Of a stretch of 42,045 bases of DNA, positions 36,501 to 42,045 are shown piece by piece. The stretch is from Nitrosopumilaceae archaeon (GTDB taxonomy: Archaea; Thermoproteota; Nitrososphaeria; Nitrososphaerales; Nitrosopumilaceae). The stretch's first letter is position 1, and each line of letters begins with the position of its first letter. A model generated the notes under the pieces. That model ran no database searches. It worked only from the letters and a program-made list of their open reading frames with translations, and was not told the DNA's origin. Position numbers and translations under genes: made by a program. Location: positions 1 to 42,045 of the forward strand of contig JBQTHX010000039.1 in the NCBI GenBank assembly GCA_052389415.1, read 5' to 3'.

Positions 36501-37382
36501 TGATCTGTGATGCGCTTGTGGAATCCCTGAAACCTCGTTATCAAAATATGTAGTAGTATGATATTGCAGCAAATCAACTAAATCCTGTACAATAAGTGGC
36601 GGAGTCCCCGCATCTTTACTTTCTTTGAGTCTTTGATTTACTCTTATAATATCGACAAGTTTGTGTGTCAAGTCATCTTCAGATCTGATTCCTGTTTCCA
36701 AAATGATAGATGGCCTTACAGTAACTGGTGGCACTGGTAATACTTGGAGAATAAACCATTCCGGTCGTGCGGTAGTAGGATCATATCCTAAGAGTTTCAA
36801 GTCATCGTCAATCATATGAGAGAATCTTTCTCTGATTGTTATCGGTAGTAATCTATTCTCTCCAAGTTCTGTCTTTTCTATAAAAATTGTTGGTTTTGTA
36901 AATATCATATCGTATTGGGATTTACCACAATGTGGACAAGTTTTTTCTTTTTTTGCCTTTTCAATTATTTCATCAGGAATATGTTTTATCGAAATTACCG
37001 TATATGCTGCTTCCTTATTTTTTATCCTGTGATATTCTTCGAGATCTTCTTGTGAGATTTTAAGTCTAGAACACGACCTACAGGTAGTCAGAAGCAGTTT
37101 GTAGATATTGTCTATAAATGCGATATGTAAAACTGGTTCGGCAAGTTCAATATGACCAAAATGTCCTGGACATCTTGCTGCTGTATTCCCACAAGTTACG
37201 CACTTCTGGCCTGGTTCCAAAGTACCTAGTCTTCCATCCATTAATCCGCCTTGTACTGCCATACCATCCTCATCATAAGTTTCAGGAGCCGTTATTTCAG
37301 CAACGGAATATTTTCTTATTTCAGAAGGTGACCAAACAGAGAATCTTATCCCATCAATTACTTTGATTGTTTCAAGTGCCAT
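33588..37382 (-). CDS. rpoA: DNA-directed RNA polymerase largest subunit Rpo1 (A' and A'' fused)
   Basis: CPGHFGH, NADFDGD, GGREGLVDTA, then in the same frame SIGEPGTQMT and ARAAFE; 1264 aa with no stop. Confidence 0.98.
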   Translation of the reverse strand: MALETIKVIDGIRFSVWSPSEIRKYSVAEITAPETYDEDGMAVQGGLMDGRLGTLEPGQKCVTCGNTAARCPGHFGHIELAEPVLHIAFIDNIYKLLLTTCRSCSRLKISQEDLEEYHRIKNKEAAYTVISIKHIPDEIIEKAKKEKTCPHCGKSQYDMIFTKPTIFIEKTELGENRLLPITIRERFSHMIDDDLKLLGYDPTTARPEWFILQVLPVPPVTVRPSIILETGIRSEDDLTHKLVDIIRVNQRLKESKDAGTPPLIVQDLVDLLQYHTTTYFDNEVSGIPQAHHRSGRPLKTLTQRLKGKEGRFRGSLSGKRVDFSSRTVISPDPNLDLSEVGVPEAVATKLTIPEVVTEWNIERLKKLVINGPSKFPGANYIVRPDGVKIRLDFVEDRETIASNIEIGYLIERHLSDGDIVMFNRQPSLHQMSIMAHYVKVLPGKTFRLHPSVCPPYNADFDGDEMNLHVPQSEEARAEAILLMRVQDQLISPRYGGPIIGALRDFITGAYLLTKDGTTLTAQEFANLAMIAGYKGTFPEPSIKNKSGVLFTGKQLFSLFMPKDFNYVITSKWSKGTKGPTKDVVIKNGQLISGVIDKASIGAEEPDSVLHRITKDYGYDEAKKFLNSILVMLKQFITHYGFSYGYSDLELSQKTKETIVEGIHETYNKVYDLISQAKKGTLQLSRGLSAEEALEAYIVNELSKARDKAGGMADKSFDETNAGRIMATTGARGSSLNIGQMAGALGQQSIRGKRIHKGYNNRALPHYKENDTNPDARGFVKSNYREGLSTLEFFFHAMGGREGLVDTAVRTQQSGYMQRRLINALEHLKLEYDGTVRDPHGHIIQFLYGEDGIDVAKSDHGEAFRIERLIESETIVDSGKKATKEEITEFAKKYTKTFNPRLTKMVQEALLEAKLSKEGIEKVCKKALELYEKAKVEPGQAVGIVTAQSIGEPGTQMTLRTFHFAGIRERNVTLGLPRLIELVDARKKPLTPTMDIYLEPKFKKSKEKAIQVAREILHTKIMALISSTETDYSTKIKLNLNPDKLRERACTIADVEEALQSSKKKFEIETSGNSITLTLTEESDAQSILALRNKILGTKVKGVADVERVTIVQQDDEWVIQTSGSNIAKVFEVEGIDNKNIRTNNVFEIANTLGIEAARNALINELSTTLEDQGLEVDIRYIMLVADLMCSRGYMQQIGRHGIAGTKTSVLARAAFEITVPTIAEAALAGEVEQLKGVTENVIVGANIPVGTGTVDLYMKVIKNE

Positions 37383-40300
37383 TATACTCTCTCCTTAATC
37401 AACAATCTTGGAGCAACATCCAAGCTCATCATTTCTTGTAATAATAACTTGAATGCGTATGCAACTGATATTGAGGTTACTTTTGCCTTATCACCACAAA
37501 CACGGCAAACAAATTTTCTTTGTTTTATATCGTAATACGATACAAGTCCACATCTCTCACAAATGTAAATGTCAGCTTTGTCAGATTCATCAAGCAATCT
37601 GTCCTTAAGCATCATTGAAGCTCCATACGCTATTAGACAATCTCTTTCCATTTCTCCAAATCTTAATCCGCCTCCACGGGCACGTCCTTCGGTTGGTTGT
37701 TTTGTTAACATTTGGACTTGTCCTCTAGCTCTGGCATGTATCTTGTCTGCCACCATATGATGGAGTTTTTGATAATAAACTACGCCCATGAAGACTTCAG
37801 CCTCAAATGCCTTTCCTGTTCTTCCATCATACATCATCTCCTTACCAGAATATTTGAAACCGGCTGACTCTAGCACTCCTTTTACGTCTTCTAATTTTTC
37901 ACCAACAAATGCAGAGCCATCCATTTTTGTTCCTCGCAAAGCTGCAGCTTTACCTGTTACAGATTCAAGAAACATTCCCACTGTCATTCTAGATGGGAAT
38001 GCGTGAGGATTGATAAGAACATCAGGTACCACACCATTCGCAGTATATGGTAGATCTTCATGGTGAACAAGCATACCAATCACACCTTTCTGGCCATGTC
38101 TAGACGCAAACTTGTCGCCAATCTCCGGGATTCTGGTATCCCTTACTCGAATTTTATACATCTTTCCTCCGTCGTGTGATTGAGTCATAACTACATTATC
38201 TACAACTCCATTTTCCGATGGTCTAACACCAATAGATGTGTCTCTTCTATAGGGGCCTTTAACTTCAAACTCTCTATATTCTTCCATAAATCGTGGAGGA
38301 CTGGTTTTTCCTATCAGAATGTCACCTCCTTGAACCATTGATTCAGTAGCAATAACGCCGTCTTCTTCTAACAATCGATAAGCCTTGTCTCCTCTAAATC
38401 CTCTAATGTTTCCCTCTGCGTTTGGAATTTCAAAGTTGTCACGCATTCCACCAGGATATTGCTTTGCTTCTGCTTCATAAATTCTATAAAAGAAAGTTCT
38501 CCCTAATCCCCGGTCTACTGATGATTTGCTAAGAACGATTGCATCTTCGATGTTATATCCGTCGAAAGGTAACACAGCTACAATACAATTTTGTCCTGCA
38601 GGTCTGTCCTCAAGACCTAAAAGTCCCATAGCTTTTGTTGTAACAATCGGGATTTGAGGATACAGCATAAAGTGCTGTCTTACATATGTACTAGCATTCA
38701 TCAAGGGTGTAGAAAATCCAAGACTTTGTTTTGCCATAGCAGATTCGTAAGTATTTCTTGGGGATTGATTATGTTCTGGATAAGGTATTATTGATGCACC
38801 AGCACCCAGTATTGCAGATGGAAAAATTTCCATGTGCGTATGTTTTTTAATATTCTCTTCATCCATGGTTATGTAGCAGTTTTCTTCCTCATTTGCATCT
38901 ACGAGCTCAATTATTCCCATGTGAAGAAGATCATTCCATGAAAGGAATTTTTTATTGACTTTGTCTATAAGTTCTTGGGTTAAGAGAGGTTTGTTATCTT
39001 TAATAACAATTAATGGGCGTAAGACTCTTCCAGCATTACAATTAACATAGAGTCTTTTTGTCGAACCTTCAATATTAGACTGAAATAGAAATATTCCGAT
39101 ATGAGGGTGAATCTTAAAATTACGTCTAAGTTCGCGTAGCGAATCAGCTAATTTTTGTCCATCTTTATAATATCCAATCAACCTTCCATCTACAAAAATT
39201 CTTGCTCCATCTTTTTTGAGATCATCCTTTGCTTCTGAAACATAAGTTACCCCGAGATCATAAAGTTTCTCAATAATATCTTCAGATGGGACATTTACTG
39301 AAATGATTGCAGATAATGCTAGGTTCTTTACCAAACCACAGTTTGAACCCTCAGGTGTTTCGCTTGGACAAATTCTTCCAAAATGGGTTGCATGCAAATC
39401 TCTAGCCTCAAAGTTCGGTTGGCTTCTGCTAAGTGGTGATTGAATTCTTCTAAGATGACTTATTGTTGAAAGATAATTTGTTCTATCCAAAAGTTGTGTA
39501 ACTCCTACTCTCCCTCTTCCCCAGTTTCCAGTTGCAATTGCGTTGTTTAGTTTATCGGTAACTATGCCTGGTCTTACTGCAGCTGCTACAGCATTTATTC
39601 CTCTTTTTTGGCCTGATCTCTCGAGTTGATATTTCATATCACGTACTAAGTTACGAAACGCTGTTCTGAACAAATCAGCAAGCATCTGTCCTGCGAATTT
39701 TATCACTTTGTTTCCATAGTGATCCTTGTCATCAGGAGTAAGCCAACCAAGTTTTAATTCAATAAGCTTACAGGCAGCCTCACCCAAAAACTGTGATTTT
39801 TCTTTTCTATTATCAGGATGCTTACCAAGATGTGGAAGCAGACCCCAATCAAGAAGAGTCTCTGCTCTTTTTATTTGGAATTCTTCAAGCATTCCCGGAG
39901 CAATTCTTTTGCTAATATACACTATTGCGTCTTTGGCTGTTGGTACGTCGCCTGATTTTTCAAAGGATGCTTCAAGTTCATCTTGAATTTCGTCAACAAG
40001 TGAAACTGCTGCTGCGATTTCTCTATCTGATTCAAGCCCAAGAGCTCTCATCAATGTAACTACCGGAATGTCAACAGGTGAACCTGGAATTTTTGCAACA
40101 ATCAATCCATCATTTTTCATAATGAGTTCTAGCTTTGCACGATAACCAACAATTGAGGAATATACTTTGGCCTTGAATACAATGTTACCACCGACGATTT
40201 CTTTATCTACAATAATTTTGTTGTAAGAAAGATCCTCCAAGCCTACAATAACCCGTTCCGAGCCATTGATAATGAAATAGCCTCCAGGATCATTTGGATC

Positions 40301-40729
40301 TTCTCCATGCTCAACTAATTTTTGTTCAGAGAGATTATGTAGTACACAAGCATTTGATCTTACCATCAAAGGCATGTCACCAATGTGAACAAATCTGGAT
40401 TCCAGAATTTTTCCATCTTCTACCACACTTGCCTCAAGCATTACCGGCGATGCATATGTAACATTTCTTAATCTTGCCTCCATTGGAGCAATATGTGTAA
40501 TCGAACCATCAAGCTCCATCATTCTTGCTTGTTGAAGTTTTAATTTTCCAAGTTGAATTTTGTATGGATATTCTGCACTTTCAATTTCTATTTGACCTAC
40601 TTCATCAATTATACTCTGGAGACCTCGTTCTAAGAATTCATCATAAGAGTTAAGATGTTGTCTAGCAATTCCTTCTCTTTTTAATATATCCTGAATAATT
40701 GGCCAGCGTTTATTTGAAATATTTACCAT
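37382..40729 (-). CDS. rpoB: DNA-directed RNA polymerase subunit Rpo2 (B, unsplit)
   Basis: GYFIINGSE, ETPEG, GDKFASRHGQKG, RFGEME, C-terminal Zn ribbon. Confidence 0.98.
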   Translation of the reverse strand: MVNISNKRWPIIQDILKREGIARQHLNSYDEFLERGLQSIIDEVGQIEIESAEYPYKIQLGKLKLQQARMMELDGSITHIAPMEARLRNVTYASPVMLEASVVEDGKILESRFVHIGDMPLMVRSNACVLHNLSEQKLVEHGEDPNDPGGYFIINGSERVIVGLEDLSYNKIIVDKEIVGGNIVFKAKVYSSIVGYRAKLELIMKNDGLIVAKIPGSPVDIPVVTLMRALGLESDREIAAAVSLVDEIQDELEASFEKSGDVPTAKDAIVYISKRIAPGMLEEFQIKRAETLLDWGLLPHLGKHPDNRKEKSQFLGEAACKLIELKLGWLTPDDKDHYGNKVIKFAGQMLADLFRTAFRNLVRDMKYQLERSGQKRGINAVAAAVRPGIVTDKLNNAIATGNWGRGRVGVTQLLDRTNYLSTISHLRRIQSPLSRSQPNFEARDLHATHFGRICPSETPEGSNCGLVKNLALSAIISVNVPSEDIIEKLYDLGVTYVSEAKDDLKKDGARIFVDGRLIGYYKDGQKLADSLRELRRNFKIHPHIGIFLFQSNIEGSTKRLYVNCNAGRVLRPLIVIKDNKPLLTQELIDKVNKKFLSWNDLLHMGIIELVDANEEENCYITMDEENIKKHTHMEIFPSAILGAGASIIPYPEHNQSPRNTYESAMAKQSLGFSTPLMNASTYVRQHFMLYPQIPIVTTKAMGLLGLEDRPAGQNCIVAVLPFDGYNIEDAIVLSKSSVDRGLGRTFFYRIYEAEAKQYPGGMRDNFEIPNAEGNIRGFRGDKAYRLLEEDGVIATESMVQGGDILIGKTSPPRFMEEYREFEVKGPYRRDTSIGVRPSENGVVDNVVMTQSHDGGKMYKIRVRDTRIPEIGDKFASRHGQKGVIGMLVHHEDLPYTANGVVPDVLINPHAFPSRMTVGMFLESVTGKAAALRGTKMDGSAFVGEKLEDVKGVLESAGFKYSGKEMMYDGRTGKAFEAEVFMGVVYYQKLHHMVADKIHARARGQVQMLTKQPTEGRARGGGLRFGEMERDCLIAYGASMMLKDRLLDESDKADIYICERCGLVSYYDIKQRKFVCRVCGDKAKVTSISVAYAFKLLLQEMMSLDVAPRLLIKERV

Positions 40730-40980
40730 TATTCTTCAACCACGTATCTATAATAGATGCTTTCGCCAGCTGTTGCACTTTTTCTAGTTATTCTTATCAT
40801 GTCACCTGGTTTTACTCCCAATCCCTTAATTGCTGGATCATTTACGTAAATAAGCGGCATTTCAGTTGGTTTTGTATGAAACTTTTCTAAGACTTCTTCA
40901 GCCTCTTTTTTCGATATTATCTCATGTTTTGGAACATAAACATGATCGGGTACTAGTATGTGATCTTTTTTTGTTAACAA
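40729..40980 (-). CDS. rpoH: RNA polymerase subunit Rpo5 (H)
   Basis: HVYVPKH, DPAI, GDMIRITRKSATAG, YYRYV; TTG start preceded by SD-like AAGGGGA. Confidence 0.96.
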   Translation of the reverse strand: MLTKKDHILVPDHVYVPKHEIISKKEAEEVLEKFHTKPTEMPLIYVNDPAIKGLGVKPGDMIRITRKSATAGESIYYRYVVEE

Positions 40981-41156
40981 ATAGAAAATCCCCTTTGAAC
41001 AACATTAGCTGTAAACATATCAGTAATCCACAAACTACGAAAATTCCACCGAGAGGTTAATATATATGTAATCTAGGCGTCATCGTTAAATTCTGTTTTT
41101 TTGTCAATATTTTTTTCCGTAACCTTAAATAGTTAAAAGAGAAGACTCCAAACAAG

Positions 41157-41984
41157 ATGAGTACTCGTTTTAAGGGATATGCTTTGTTTGCAATTCTGTT
41201 AGCAGCTATAGCAGCCACTCCAGCATTTGCTCAAGTAGATCCTTTGGACACAGTACCAATAACTGTCACGACAGATAAAGAATCGTATGATGACGGAGAG
41301 ACTATCATCATCTCTGGTGAATCTAAAGATTTCATCTCTGGAGTACAAGTCAGCATCGTTGTTACCAATCCCATTGGCAACAGGGTAGCGATTCAACAAT
41401 TAGATCTAGAGCCTGACAAAACATATTCTACTGAAATTACTGCAGGTGGACCTTTGTGGAAAGCTGCCGGAATGTATACAGTAATTGTACAATATGGAAG
41501 CGACAACAGATCAAATGAAACAACTTTTGAATTCAGTGGCTCTGAAGGAGATGGAAAAAAGATTAGTGTTGAAGGCACAGACTTCGAGGTAAGCTACAGC
41601 ATTACTGGCGGTAGAGTTCTAGGAATCACAGCTGATATTGAAGCAAAATCTCTTCTTGTATCAATTGAAACTACAAGTGATGGAACACTTACCATTACAT
41701 TGCCAAGAGGATTGATAGAAGCAAAGACGAATGGCAACGAAGGTGACGATGATGTATTCTTTGTCATTATAGATGGTGAAGAGTCAGAGTTCGAGGAAGA
41801 GAAAACGTCTTCGGATAGAACATTGACAATTCCTTTCTCAGATGGATCTGAAGAGATAGAGATCATTGGTACTTGGATAATTCCAGAGTTTGGTGCAATA
41901 GCAGCTTTAGTACTTGCAGTTGCAATTATATCAATAATTGCTCTTTCTGCAAAGACAAGGCTTAGATTAATGCCAAAATACTAG
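41157..41984 (+). CDS. PEFG-CTERM sorting-domain surface protein
   Basis: Signal peptide (..PAFA/Q), Ig-like module, C-terminal IPEFG + TM helix + basic tail (KTRLRLMPKY). Confidence 0.92.
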   Translation: MSTRFKGYALFAILLAAIAATPAFAQVDPLDTVPITVTTDKESYDDGETIIISGESKDFISGVQVSIVVTNPIGNRVAIQQLDLEPDKTYSTEITAGGPLWKAAGMYTVIVQYGSDNRSNETTFEFSGSEGDGKKISVEGTDFEVSYSITGGRVLGITADIEAKSLLVSIETTSDGTLTITLPRGLIEAKTNGNEGDDDVFFVIIDGEESEFEEEKTSSDRTLTIPFSDGSEEIEIIGTWIIPEFGAIAALVLAVAIISIIALSAKTRLRLMPKY

Positions 41985-41987
41985 GAA

Positions 41988-42010
41988 TTTCAAATTTTTC
42001 ATTTTTTTGT
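41988..42010 (+). terminator. Oligo-T terminator after the PEFG-CTERM gene
   Basis: tttcaaatttttcatttttttgt immediately after TAG. Confidence 0.55.
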
Positions 42011-42045
42011 ATCATTCCATAGCAAAGGAAATATACGACGATGGA

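Noticed and set aside
23749-40729. Inteins, programmed frameshifts or stop-codon recoding in large core genes (alaS, leuS, rpoA, rpoB)
   Set aside because: Lengths are normal, frames are uninterrupted and no intein terminal motifs were seen.
949-41866. Numerous 60-157-aa ORFs antisense or out of frame within long genes (e.g. 11446-11847, 21225-21605, 25893-26366, 31934-32308)
   Set aside because: Fully overlapped by well-supported conserved genes, Ser/Ile/Phe-rich antisense composition, no motifs.

Overview
Low-GC archaeal chromosomal segment, most likely Thaumarchaeota/Nitrososphaerota (Nitrosopumilales-like). The evidence is an unsplit Rpo1 (A'+A'' fused), an unsplit Rpo2, a PEFG-CTERM protein and the absence of rpl34e/rpl14e around cmk. 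Most of the window is core information-processing DNA: the distal spc-type cluster (rpl18-rps5-rpl30-rpl15-secY-adk-EMC3/DUF106-cmk-cbf5), prefoldin alpha-ftsY-argF, sod, an S8 protease, pckA, rpl32e-rpl19e, dtdA-MGMT, secE-spt5-rpl11, an Lrp/AsnC regulator, rpl1-rpl10, rpl12, alaS-leuS, a GGR-like flavoprotein and rpoH-rpoB-rpoA-rpl30e-nusA-rps12-rps7. Four features were absent from the ORF track: a tyrosine integrase (1-627, running off the left edge) directly downstream of an intron-containing tRNA-Ser(GGA), which probably marks the edge of an integrated mobile element; that tRNA itself; secE; and a tRNA-Gln(CTG) with two introns (21/22 and 37/38). I found no CRISPR, rRNA or clearly new multi-gene system inside the window. 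The best leads are the element boundary (its cargo lies outside the window), the double-intron tRNA, an FtsY with a large C-terminal extension, an OTC with a non-canonical substrate loop, and a possible Lrp-controlled ribosomal protein promoter. All protein calls come from motif recognition, not database searches.
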